Source of the DNA: Clostridia bacterium
Lineage (GTDB): Bacteria > Bacillota > Sulfobacillia > SLMV01
NCBI GenBank assembly: GCA_003551215.1
Contig: PUMD01000031.1
Coordinates: 1 to 58,469, forward strand
Reading direction: 5' to 3'
DNA length: 58,469 nt
Part shown: positions 47,164-55,964 of the stretch, piece after piece
Layout of the letters: every line of letters starts with the position of its first letter
Position numbering within the stretch: the stretch's first letter is position 1
Translations under genes and position numbers: made by a program
Notes under the pieces: model-generated
Seen by the model: the letters and a program-made list of their open reading frames with translations, nothing else
Told to the model about the DNA's origin: nothing
Database searches by the model: none

Positions 47164-47583
47164 GTGCAGGATGCCCAGCAGTATATTGAAAAAGGAGCCG
47201 CATCTACCATCGTCGACGAGGTAACGACAGGCAATACTGCCAGCAGCTGCGGAAGCGGTCAGATTGACGTATACGCGACCCCGTTTATGATAGCTGCTAT
47301 GGAAAGGGCTGCCGTATCAGCGGTCGATCACCAGCTTCCGGATGGCTGGATTACGGTGGGAATCTCGGTTGATATTCAGCACCTGGCTGCTACTCCGGTG
47401 GGAGGAGAGGTTGAGGTGCTGGCCAGGCTTACAGAGGTTGATGGTAAGCGTCTGGTTTTCGCTGTGCGGGCCGAGGATAATGAGGAGGAAGTGGGAAGAG
47501 GCACCCATCAGCGATACTGTGTCCATCGGGAGTCCTTTGTCAGGCAGGTAGAGGATAAGGTCTGCCGCAGAGGCGAAAACTGA
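47164..47583 (+). CDS. Hotdog-fold thioesterase (fluoroacetyl-CoA thioesterase FlK family)
   Basis: GSG..VYATPFMIAAME, TVG, HLAATPVG and GTHQR motifs. Confidence 0.9.
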   Translation: MQDAQQYIEKGAASTIVDEVTTGNTASSCGSGQIDVYATPFMIAAMERAAVSAVDHQLPDGWITVGISVDIQHLAATPVGGEVEVLARLTEVDGKRLVFAVRAEDNEEEVGRGTHQRYCVHRESFVRQVEDKVCRRGEN

Positions 47584-47596
47584 GGGGGTATGGAAT

Positions 47597-48601
47597 GTGA
47601 CAGAACTGTTCAGTTCAGTGCAGATAAGCGGATTAGCATTTGCCAACCGGCTGGTAATGCCGCCTATGGCAACCAACAACGCCACCTGTTCGGGTGAGGT
47701 AACCGAGGACATATTGGAGCACTATCAGAAGAGGGCGGCCGCCGAAGTGGGCACTATAATTGTCGAACACACCTATGTGCGCCCGGACGGGCGTGTCAAC
47801 GATAGGCAGCTCGGCCTTCATCGCGATGAGCTCACCGACGGTATGAGTCAGCTGGCAGCTGCTATTCAGCAGCACGGCTGCAGGGCTGTGCTGCAGCTTA
47901 CCCATGCCGGTGCCGCGGCATTGAGGGGGGATGAAACAGCTTTGCAGGCTGTGGGAACTCGACCTCTACCTGGTTCAGATACTGTCGCAGAGCCCATGAC
48001 ACCCGGATATATAGCCAAGATAAAGCGTTGCTTCGTTCAGGCCGCTGAGCGCTGTGTGGAGGCGGGATTTGATGGAGTGCAGCTGCACGGTGCCCACGGA
48101 TATTTGCTCAACCAGTTTTTGTCCCCCTTGACGAATGATCGGGACGACGAGTACGGAGGAGATGAGCGGAGGCGCTGGCAATTTCCCCTTGAAGTGGTGA
48201 GAGAGGTACGCCAGGTGACGGAAGATTCACTGCTTTTGTATTATCGGCTCGGTGCCGATGACCTGATCGAGGGCGGCCTTACCGTTCGGGATACCGCACC
48301 GTTTGCCCAGCAGCTGGTGTCAGAAGGCGTAGAAGTTTTGGATATCTCTGGTGGGTTGGGCGGTGCCAGTCCTGAGAATGAACATTGCGAGGCCTACTTC
48401 CTTCCGCAGGCCGAACAGATAGCCAAAGAGGTGGGGAAACAGGCAGCTGTAGTGGTTACCGGCGGTATAGTTAATGCATGCACTGCCGACCGGGTGGCGC
48501 GAGACTCGGCCGTCGACTTTGTTGGGGTTGGTCGTGCTCTGCTTATGGATCCTTACTGGGCAATTAAAGCCAGGCAAGCCCTGCAAAAGACTGCCCTGTG
48601 A
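47597..48601 (+). CDS. NADH:flavin oxidoreductase (old yellow enzyme family)
   Basis: NRLVMPPM, QLTHAG, GFDGVQLHGAHGYLLNQFLSP, RDDEYGG and VGRALL motifs. Confidence 0.93.
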   Translation: MTELFSSVQISGLAFANRLVMPPMATNNATCSGEVTEDILEHYQKRAAAEVGTIIVEHTYVRPDGRVNDRQLGLHRDELTDGMSQLAAAIQQHGCRAVLQLTHAGAAALRGDETALQAVGTRPLPGSDTVAEPMTPGYIAKIKRCFVQAAERCVEAGFDGVQLHGAHGYLLNQFLSPLTNDRDDEYGGDERRRWQFPLEVVREVRQVTEDSLLLYYRLGADDLIEGGLTVRDTAPFAQQLVSEGVEVLDISGGLGGASPENEHCEAYFLPQAEQIAKEVGKQAAVVVTGGIVNACTADRVARDSAVDFVGVGRALLMDPYWAIKARQALQKTAL

Positions 48602-48635
48602 GGGCAGTGCGTTGAAACAGGAAAGGTGGGCTGAC

Positions 48636-49787
48636 ATGAAGCTCGATAGCATCAAGGAGGATTTTCCTGCTGCACAGCGAGTTAGCTATCTGAACACTGG
48701 AACGGTTGGCATTATGCCGGGACCAGTCCAGGAGAAACTTTTCAGTGCTGTTCGTTGGTACTATGATTACGGACCTGCTTTGCCCGAGGCCCGGGAGCGA
48801 TACCGTAAAGACCTACAGTGGGCACGGCGAGTATTGACTGAGTTTATTGATGCTGAGGAAGAGGAAGTGGAATTTGTCCCTGACACGACCGCCGGGATGA
48901 ATGCAGTAATCGGCAGTCTGCAGCTGGAAGCAGGAGATGAAATTATTGTGAGTGATGTAGAGCATTACGTAGGTCGGGTGCTGTGGGAGTATGCTGCCAG
49001 CCATCGTGACATCAAGATACTGGTGGCAAAGGCAGAGTCAGGGCGAATAACTCCGGCAGAAATAGAGCCTCTGTTGAGTGACCGGACCAGGGTGATATCG
49101 CTCAGTCATGTCAGCTTCTCTACCGGAGGTCGTCTGGATATACCCAACATAGCAAAAATGGCTCGAAACCGAGACATTTTCGTCTTGGTTGATGGCGCTC
49201 AGTCTGCTGGAGCGCTCGACATCAGTGTGGCAGACCTGAAATGTCACGCATTCGCCTTTCCGGGTTACAAGTGGTGCTTGGGGCCGGAGGGGAGCGGAGG
49301 TCTTTATGTAGACCGGTCTGTCTGGGATCAGCTGAACCCACCCACGGTAGCGCTGGGGGGGACGGATGATATAGACTTAGATGGAAATTATAATTTGACA
49401 AAAGGAGCCAGACTGTACGCTCCTTCCACGCAGGGTTACATGGATACTATGGGATTGGCGTATGCCCTGCAGTACCTGAATGATATAGGAATGGATGCAG
49501 TTGAGCGGCGGATTCGCCAGCTCACCGGGCAGTTTTACCGCGAAGCTGAAGGCATACCGCGGGTAAATGTTGTGACCCCGCGGGAGTTCGAACAGCGGGC
49601 AGGATTGATATCTTTCAGCCTTGAGGGCAGAGGCGATGCTGAGTCAATGAGGAAAATGGCTGCTGGTTTTCTGCAAAGCGGCGTACATGTGAGGGTGGTG
49701 CCGCGTCCCTTGGCATTCCGTGCTTCATTTCACGTGTACAATGATGAGGCTGACGTGGAGTCTCTCTTAAGCTTGCTTGCAGGATAG
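48636..49787 (+). CDS. Class V PLP-dependent enzyme (C-S lyase / isopenicillin N epimerase-like)
   Basis: YLNTG, EH, SHV, VDGAQSAG, PGYKWCLGP and RASFHVYN motifs; lacks the C-terminal catalytic Cys motif of IscS/SufS. Confidence 0.88.
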   Translation: MKLDSIKEDFPAAQRVSYLNTGTVGIMPGPVQEKLFSAVRWYYDYGPALPEARERYRKDLQWARRVLTEFIDAEEEEVEFVPDTTAGMNAVIGSLQLEAGDEIIVSDVEHYVGRVLWEYAASHRDIKILVAKAESGRITPAEIEPLLSDRTRVISLSHVSFSTGGRLDIPNIAKMARNRDIFVLVDGAQSAGALDISVADLKCHAFAFPGYKWCLGPEGSGGLYVDRSVWDQLNPPTVALGGTDDIDLDGNYNLTKGARLYAPSTQGYMDTMGLAYALQYLNDIGMDAVERRIRQLTGQFYREAEGIPRVNVVTPREFEQRAGLISFSLEGRGDAESMRKMAAGFLQSGVHVRVVPRPLAFRASFHVYNDEADVESLLSLLAG

Positions 49788-49810
49788 AAAAACCGCGAGA
49801 GGACGTGCCC

Positions 49811-50593
49811 ATGTACATCGAAGATCCAAATCCCTTTGTCTTTCGCATAGGAGGATTCGGCGTTCGCTGGTATGGCCTGCTCCTCGCCATATCGATAGGT
49901 GTTGGAGTATGGTATATCCTGAGCGAGAGCAACAGACGCGGGTGGGACGAAGACGCTATGCTCACGGCCATTTTATCGGGTCTGCTGGCTGGAATCGCCG
50001 GCGCTAGAGCCATATTTGTGCTCACAAACTGGTCGGTGTACTCGCAGATCCCCGCAGAGATAATCCGTATCGACCGCGGCGGGCTATCCTGGCACGGTGC
50101 GTTACTGGGGGGCATTATCGCTGCATGGATCTATCTCCGTCGGAAGAGTTTTAACTTCGGGGCAGTACTGGATACCTCAGTCCCGGGTCTGTCCCTGGGA
50201 TATACATTGGTCCGCATAGCAAACATCTTCAACCAGGAAGTGCTGGGTCGCTATTCTGAGCTGCTGGGGACCCGACATCCGGCACAGATTTACGGCTCCT
50301 TGATTGGTCTTTTGCTGCTGCTTCGATATTTTTGGCTTCAGCGCCGGGATATCGACCTTCCTCATGGGTATCAATTCTGGTCCTACTTCTGGTGGTATTC
50401 AATACTGCGGGCCGTTGTCGAGGAGACCGTTCGGGCCAACCCCCTTTATCTTGTCCAGTACATCGATGAGTACTGGGGGATCGGGTTCTTTACCCTGACT
50501 CACTTGCTCACCCCGGCTATGTTGCTTGTTACCTGGTATTTTTTGGATCTCATCCGACATGATTCCCCCGGATTAGACCGGCAAGGTGGTTGA
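49811..50593 (+). CDS. lgt: Prolipoprotein diacylglyceryl transferase
   Basis: VRWYG, GAR, GGLSWHG, RIANIFNQEVLG and HPAQIY motifs. Confidence 0.92.
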   Translation: MYIEDPNPFVFRIGGFGVRWYGLLLAISIGVGVWYILSESNRRGWDEDAMLTAILSGLLAGIAGARAIFVLTNWSVYSQIPAEIIRIDRGGLSWHGALLGGIIAAWIYLRRKSFNFGAVLDTSVPGLSLGYTLVRIANIFNQEVLGRYSELLGTRHPAQIYGSLIGLLLLLRYFWLQRRDIDLPHGYQFWSYFWWYSILRAVVEETVRANPLYLVQYIDEYWGIGFFTLTHLLTPAMLLVTWYFLDLIRHDSPGLDRQGG

Positions 50594-50663
50594 GTGATAT
50601 AGGCTTTTGACCCTAAGGGCTAGCTACTAGGAAAGTGGCAAGATAGGTCCGGGACCCCATGCA

Positions 50664-50748
50664 GAAGCCGCCTGGGAGTTGTTAACCTAGCTGTAGTTTC
50701 AGAAAGAAACAGTACTGGACGCAAGCAGTTCCGCTAGGAGGCGGTTTC
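50664..50748 (+). promoter_or_regulatory. Branched RNA leader sequestering the RBS of a small ORF
   Basis: GAAGCCGCCT(50664-50673) pairs with AGGCGGTTTC(50739-50748); CCTAGC(50686-50691) pairs with GCTAGG(50733-50738); internal hairpins GTTTC/GAAAC and ACTG/CAGT. Confidence 0.5.
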
Positions 50749-50749
50749 G

Positions 50750-50887
50750 ATGGAATGGATACCAGTTGCACTTTTCGCAGTTGCGATTGTAATTTTCGGT
50801 ATGTCGGCACTCAGTAATGCTGACAATGTGGTAGACGAAGATGACATTCAGCCTCAGGAAAATGAAGAGCGCAGGGCTGCTAATTGA
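50750..50887 (+). CDS. 45-aa single-TM small protein (not in the ORF track)
   Basis: RBS AGGAGG 8 nt upstream; translation MEWIPVALFAVAIVIFGMSALSNADNVVDEDDIQPQENEERRAAN*. Confidence 0.7.
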   Translation: MEWIPVALFAVAIVIFGMSALSNADNVVDEDDIQPQENEERRAAN

Positions 50888-51059
50888 GAGATTTTGCGTG
50901 AGTTAGCACACGAGGAATGCGGGCCGGTGCTGCAATCTGATGCATCAGACTGAGTAGCTGACACCGACTGTAAACTGCACTCTATGCTGCACTGTAAGTT
51001 GTACTGGATAAAGCATCTCATAAAAAGGCAGCACGCCCCCTCAGAACAACCTCGTTGCA

Positions 51060-51087
51060 AAGGAGTCGGCCTTGAGCCGGCTCCTTA
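51060..51087. terminator. Stem-loop, probable terminator
   Basis: AAGGAGTCGGC-CTTGA-GCCGGCTCCTT hairpin with only weak T tracts. Confidence 0.45.
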
Positions 51088-51205
51088 AGTATATGTGGGT
51101 GCGGCCATGGGCGATGGCTGCAAGGTACTTGGGCTTTTGCTCTTAATATATGTTAAGATCTACCCACATCAGGCCAATTCCTAGCAATGCAGGGGGCATT
51201 TTAAA

Positions 51206-52591
51206 ATGGGGTTTCCGGTGAAACAGGGCCAGCGGATGGAGGTTCGGGTTGAGGACCTTGGTCATAAAGGAGACGGAGTGGCCCGGCATGATGACTACGT
51301 GATTTTTGTTCCTGGTGCTTTACCGGGTGAAGTTCTCGAGGTTGAGGTCACCTCTGTGGGCAGCTCCTTTGCTCGCGGCAGGCCGGTGCATATCCTGTGC
51401 AGTGCACCTGCTCGCATCTCGCCTCCATGCGAAGTCTTTGACCGCTGCGGTGGTTGCCAGCTGCAGCATTTGAAGTACAGTGCTCAACTGGGCTACAAGA
51501 TGCAGTGGGTCAAACAAGCACTGGCCAAAATCGCCGGAGTCAAAGCGACAGAACTGAACGATACTCTACCCTCGCACAGTCCCTATGCTTACCGCACCCG
51601 GATGCGTTTCTCTCTCGACTACGAACAGGGTCCCGTTTTGGGGTTCTATCAGGCTGGAGGGAAAAGGGTGATAGATGTTGAGCAATGTCCCCTTCAATCA
51701 ACGAGAGCTAACCACCTTCTTTGCTGTCTGCGTCGGCATATTTTGCAGCGTGTCACCCGCGAAAAAACAGTCCAAATCATCGAGCAGACCCGTGATATTT
51801 CCATCAGGAACCTTGGCAGGCAGTGTATGGTGGTACTGAGGTTGCGGAACAACACCGCGCAGGCTGCCGCGGGAGAGTTGGCTGACAGACTGTGGGGCTC
51901 AGCTCCCGACTACCTGACATCAGTTACCCTGCTGAGAGATTTGCCTTCTGGAGAGCCCGAGATTGTGAGTGTCAGGGGGGCTGAACGCGTCCACTGGCGT
52001 TTTGCAGGGCTGCAGGTAGTAACGTCCCCTTCGGCTTTTACGCAGGTCAATGTGGAAACCGCGAGACAACTGTATGATCTAATCTTACAAGAAGCGGGTT
52101 TCTTGCCCGAAGATGAGGTTATCGAGCTTTACAGCGGAACAGGTCTGTTGACAGCATTGATGGCACCGTTGGTCTCGCGCATATATGCAGTTGATGCGGA
52201 AAAGGCAGCAGTAGCGGATGCTCGGGAAATAGCCAGGACAAATGGTGTCGATGATACAGTGTCGTTTTACCCCGCTGATGCGGCTGAAGGATTTTCCCGT
52301 CTGCTGAGGAGAGGGGTTAGTCCCAATATTGTTGTGCTCGACCCACCACGGGCAGGGTGTGCTGGTGCAGTCAGAAAACAGCTTGCCAGCTGTGCGGCGA
52401 GGAAGATCATCTACGTATCCTGCAACTTCGGTACCTGGGCTCGGGACGTCGGGGAACTGGTTGATGCCGGTTGGTCCCTAGACAGTGTGTTTCCGGTAGA
52501 TATGTTCCCACAGACATGTAACGTTGAAATAGTATCATTTCTTGTCAGACCTCGCTCTGACGAAAAATCAAACGATTCCCCCCTTGTGTAG
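51206..52591 (+). CDS. rlmD: 23S rRNA (uracil-5)-methyltransferase RlmD/RlmCD
   Basis: TRAM domain (GDGVAR..VIFVPGALPGE), C...CGGC Fe-S motif, FTQVN, LYSGTG, LDPPRAG, YVSCN and DMFPQT. Confidence 0.93.
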   Translation: MGFPVKQGQRMEVRVEDLGHKGDGVARHDDYVIFVPGALPGEVLEVEVTSVGSSFARGRPVHILCSAPARISPPCEVFDRCGGCQLQHLKYSAQLGYKMQWVKQALAKIAGVKATELNDTLPSHSPYAYRTRMRFSLDYEQGPVLGFYQAGGKRVIDVEQCPLQSTRANHLLCCLRRHILQRVTREKTVQIIEQTRDISIRNLGRQCMVVLRLRNNTAQAAAGELADRLWGSAPDYLTSVTLLRDLPSGEPEIVSVRGAERVHWRFAGLQVVTSPSAFTQVNVETARQLYDLILQEAGFLPEDEVIELYSGTGLLTALMAPLVSRIYAVDAEKAAVADAREIARTNGVDDTVSFYPADAAEGFSRLLRRGVSPNIVVLDPPRAGCAGAVRKQLASCAARKIIYVSCNFGTWARDVGELVDAGWSLDSVFPVDMFPQTCNVEIVSFLVRPRSDEKSNDSPLV

Positions 52592-52619
52592 GGTATGGCA
52601 ATGGTGCTTATAATAAGGG

Positions 52620-53768
52620 TTGCAGATGATAAATGAGCGACGTTTGTCCGCATCCAATAAGATCAAATGGGTTACCGCACCAGTCAGACGCCTAGAGGAG
52701 ACAAAAAGACGGCTGCAGCGGCGTAGATTACTGGGGCTTTATCCTCCGTTTGTTCCATATACACCCGAGGAACGTACCAACCCCGAGACGGTCATGCAGG
52801 ATGCCAAAAGCACATTAGTGATAGCGGTACCGTACTGGCATCCCTCCGGAGAAGCAGACCAGGAAAGCTGGACAAACCACAACTATCCAATTAGCAGGAG
52901 CGCCTGGGGAGCAGACTATCATCAAGTGGTCCTTGACATCTTGCAGGCACTGCTGGTAGAGATGATTGGCCCGAAGGCGGCTGACAGAGCCCATGTTCAG
53001 GTGGATTCAGGTCCCCTGCAGGAGCGTGCCTTTGCCCAGTCGCTCGACCTGGGGATCCTTAAGGCCAACGGTTGCATTTACGTTGAACCCTTTGGTTCGT
53101 GGGTCTTTTTGGGTATAGCTGTGACTGACCGACCGCTTATAATTGAGGGCAATGCAACTTGGCTGGAATCTGAGACAAACTGCTATGACTGCCAAAAATG
53201 CATTGCAGCCTGTCCTACTGGCGCGCTTGTCGCTCCATATCGCATAAACTGGTACAGGTGCCTATCTTACCTTACTCAGAAACGCGGTTTTCTTCCCAGG
53301 GCCCTGCGTCGAGCCATAGGCGGTCGCCTGTTTGGCTGTGACACGTGTCAGCTGGTCTGTCCCGACAACCGTTCTGATACGCAGGGTTTGGTCGCATTTG
53401 CTCCGGATGAGAGTGATATCCGACCTGAGCTGACCGATATTCTAAAGATGAACGACAGCCAGTTCAAAAAAGCCTATGGAAACAAGAGTTTTGCATGGCG
53501 CGGCCGGAGAACACTTCAGCGGAACGCACTCATTGCTTTGGGAAATACCGCAGGCGCAGAATGTTTGCAGCAGATCGCTGCGTGTCTTAGCGACAGACGG
53601 CCCGTAATCCGAGGACATGCCGCGTGGGCCCTAGGTAGAATTGCTGAGAGAAACTGCCGCAGCCTTGGTGCCAAAATCTCGCGACAAATATCGGCGCTTG
53701 CATGCTCCGATGAAGATCGGCAGGTCAGGAAGGAAGCCGAAGCGGTTGCAGATATTCTGGCTACATGA
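52620..53768 (+). CDS. queG: tRNA epoxyqueuosine reductase
   Basis: AWGADYH, VDSGPLQERAFA, GSWVFLG, two Fe-S motifs (CYDCQKCIAACP and GCDTCQLVCP) and a HEAT-like RGHAAWALG. Confidence 0.92.
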   Translation: MQMINERRLSASNKIKWVTAPVRRLEETKRRLQRRRLLGLYPPFVPYTPEERTNPETVMQDAKSTLVIAVPYWHPSGEADQESWTNHNYPISRSAWGADYHQVVLDILQALLVEMIGPKAADRAHVQVDSGPLQERAFAQSLDLGILKANGCIYVEPFGSWVFLGIAVTDRPLIIEGNATWLESETNCYDCQKCIAACPTGALVAPYRINWYRCLSYLTQKRGFLPRALRRAIGGRLFGCDTCQLVCPDNRSDTQGLVAFAPDESDIRPELTDILKMNDSQFKKAYGNKSFAWRGRRTLQRNALIALGNTAGAECLQQIAACLSDRRPVIRGHAAWALGRIAERNCRSLGAKISRQISALACSDEDRQVRKEAEAVADILAT

Positions 53769-53911
53769 CTGGGTTAATCAGTAGTGAAATTGTCATGACT
53801 GCCGTTTTACTGTCGGTTAAATCGCTGTCCAGCTCAGCTGCAGATCATCCTGTTTTGCCGGATGGATCAATTAACATTCGCTAACTCCCGCGCGGTCTGG
53901 TGAGGGCAGCA

Positions 53912-53936
53912 AGGATACGATTCGCTGAAGTGGAAT
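53912..53936 (+). promoter_or_regulatory. Putative sigma-H-type promoter upstream of the AAA operon
   Basis: AGGA(53912)-N17-GAAT(53933) in the context GTGGAATTG. Confidence 0.35.
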
Positions 53937-54111
53937 TGAAAAGTACAGTGGCGCATAACTGTTCACCACTGTCATCTGGCATAATATTCTCAGCGGGAAA
54001 TATGCCGGATGAGCTTTTACTGAGGCGCGCGTCAGGATACATTAATGAAGTACAATGAAGTATCTGGTGGTACGGCCTTTGCTTGTTTAGTCTGATCTCT
54101 TGACTAAAAAG

Positions 54112-54120
54112 TGGTATAAT
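54112..54120 (+). promoter_or_regulatory. Extended -10 sigma-A promoter of the AAA operon
   Basis: TGgTATAAT about 43 nt before the ATG at 54163; no good -35 at the expected spacing. Confidence 0.5.
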
Positions 54121-54162
54121 TGAAACAAGCCGTGAGGAAAAAAGATCGGGAGGGCTGAATCG

Positions 54163-54975
54163 ATGGCTATCATTGTGGTGGGCGTGGCGGCCATACTGCT
54201 GGTAACTTACCTGGCAGTAGACTACGTTGCCACCCGATACCGCCATAGTCGGAAGTCTATCATGCTCCTTGGCGCCGAGGCAGTATTATCTCTCCTGCTG
54301 GGGCTGTTTCTGGCTCTGAGCCTGGTGGAGCTTCCCTGGTATTACCACGTTGTCTTTGGTCTGGTGATTGCGCTGCCCACGTATGCAGTGTTATCCCTGG
54401 TGACCGTTGAGACGTGGCGCATGTTGAAGCAGGGAAATTCAGATACTGAGCTGAGCCAGATGAGGACCCGTCTGCAGGAGCTGCAGGATGAAGCTGATCG
54501 TCTCGCCTGGCAAATCGATAACCTACGGCGCAAGAAAAAGGCTCTGGAGCAGGAGCACGATGAGGATCTGTTCCGGCAGCGAAAATTGAAAAACGAGATA
54601 GAGCAGTGGCAAAGCGGTGGGGGAATGGAACGCATCCGGAGCCTCCGAGTTGAGGACTGGAATTCGGAACTCTCTCAGCTGTCCACAGATCAGCTGCAGA
54701 AGAGAAAAAAGGAATTGGAATATGAGATTAATAAACCCAAAAACAGCGATCAGTACGATTCTTTGAAGGTTCAGATCGCGCTGGTAGATCTGGAGCTTTT
54801 AAACCGCAAGATGAGAGAACCAAATAAGGAACTTCGCGAGCTGAAGGAATCCGTTGAAAAGAGGGAGTCTCGCAGAAGTGAGGTAAATGGTGAAATACAG
54901 CAGCTGGATCAGCAGATCAGAGTGACGGTTCGGGACAGAGGAAGCACCTCAAGGAAAAAAGTGGAGCTAAAATAG
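54163..54975 (+). CDS. Membrane protein (about 3 TM) with a long C-terminal coiled coil
   Basis: Three hydrophobic segments in residues 1-85, then about 180 aa of E/K/Q/L-rich heptad pattern; RBS GGAGG. Confidence 0.85.
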   Translation: MAIIVVGVAAILLVTYLAVDYVATRYRHSRKSIMLLGAEAVLSLLLGLFLALSLVELPWYYHVVFGLVIALPTYAVLSLVTVETWRMLKQGNSDTELSQMRTRLQELQDEADRLAWQIDNLRRKKKALEQEHDEDLFRQRKLKNEIEQWQSGGGMERIRSLRVEDWNSELSQLSTDQLQKRKKELEYEINKPKNSDQYDSLKVQIALVDLELLNRKMREPNKELRELKESVEKRESRRSEVNGEIQQLDQQIRVTVRDRGSTSRKKVELK

Positions 54976-55023
54976 ACAGGGAAGGGAGGGTACTGACCAG
55001 ACAGTATAGCTGGTCAGGCTATC

Positions 55024-55464
55024 ATGAGTCATATCAGCACTTACAGCACGGACCTTCAGCTAAATCCTGTTAAAGGAGAGAGAGCAGCCAAGAATGATAC
55101 TTCCTGGCAGCTGTTCCGGGAAGCCTTGGAATCAGTTGCTGAGGAACATGGCGGCTACGTTGATGAGAAGATCTCCAACTACTTTGGCCATGAACGAGAA
55201 TGTACCTTTGCCCTTCGTGTTCCCCAGTTTCAGTATGGGCTTGGTATCGATGTTGATGAAAACACCGGCCGCGTTTCCTTTCTCTACGATTCGTATGGAG
55301 TGCGTGATGAGATCATCGAAACGCTCAAGGATGATGTAAAGCAGACCTTCACCACCCTGGCTGTCAGCCAGGCGCTGAATGACCTGAACTACTCGGTAGA
55401 ATTCGAGGAACAGGTCGATGACGAGACCGAAAGAAAGCGAATTTTGGTAAGAGGGGTGATGTGA
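55024..55464 (+). CDS. DUF1257 (Ycf35)-like protein
   Basis: N-terminal MSHISTY, G-I-x-V...F.YDSY, KQTF...A..L..YSV and a terminal beta strand match the DUF1257 layout; adjacent to DUF2997-like and AAA genes. Confidence 0.7.
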   Translation: MSHISTYSTDLQLNPVKGERAAKNDTSWQLFREALESVAEEHGGYVDEKISNYFGHERECTFALRVPQFQYGLGIDVDENTGRVSFLYDSYGVRDEIIETLKDDVKQTFTTLAVSQALNDLNYSVEFEEQVDDETERKRILVRGVM

Positions 55465-55703
55465 TGCCCCGCCAGGTTGATGTTGAAATAACCAGCGATG
55501 GTAAACTGCATCTTGAGTTCACCGGTTTTCCGGGAGAAGAATGTTTCGATGAGGCAGAGAAAATTCAGAAACTCCTGGCAGGTCTTGGTGTGCATGTAAA
55601 CGTTGATGATATACAGCGCAAGCCGGGTGGACAGATCGAGGCCGAAATAGGTCTCGATGAGAAAAGGGAGGAGAAGATTCCCACACAGGAGGGAAAGAAC
55701 TGA
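55464..55703 (+). CDS. DUF2997 family protein
   Basis: VEITSDGKLHLEFTGFPGEEC...IQKLL..LG signature; TGATG coupling to the upstream gene. Confidence 0.78.
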   Translation: MPRQVDVEITSDGKLHLEFTGFPGEECFDEAEKIQKLLAGLGVHVNVDDIQRKPGGQIEAEIGLDEKREEKIPTQEGKN

Positions 55704-55719
55704 CCCGGGAGGGGATGAA

Positions 55720-55935
55720 ATGCCTGCCCGCAGCGGTAGCGCCAAACAAACAAATGCTCTACTGCGTTCTCTGACCGGAGATGAGCAGAGTATGCTGGAG
55801 ATTACAGTAAGCAAGGATGGGACCTTGCATATCTACGAAGCCTATTCACAGCACGAAACTGAACAGTTGATAGCCAGGCTCAAAAACATGGGTATACAGG
55901 TGGAGATATTGTCCTCACCTTCACCCTGTGGCTGA
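55720..55935 (+). CDS. Small DUF2997-like protein ending in SPCG
   Basis: RBS GGAGGGG; LEITVSKDGTLHI...LKNMGIQVEI parallels the preceding protein. Confidence 0.65.
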   Translation: MPARSGSAKQTNALLRSLTGDEQSMLEITVSKDGTLHIYEAYSQHETEQLIARLKNMGIQVEILSSPSPCG

Positions 55936-55964
55936 GCTGTCGATAGAAGGGGGGTCGTACGGTA

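Noticed and set aside
48636-49787. Cysteine desulfurase (iscS/sufS) call
   Set aside because: The C-terminal catalytic Cys motif is absent and no Fe-S assembly genes are nearby.
50690-50730. c-di-GMP-I or yybP-ykoY riboswitch, suggested by GAAA, GGACGCAA and GGGAGT words
   Set aside because: The required flanking consensus elements and stem order are missing; kept only as an unclassified structured leader.
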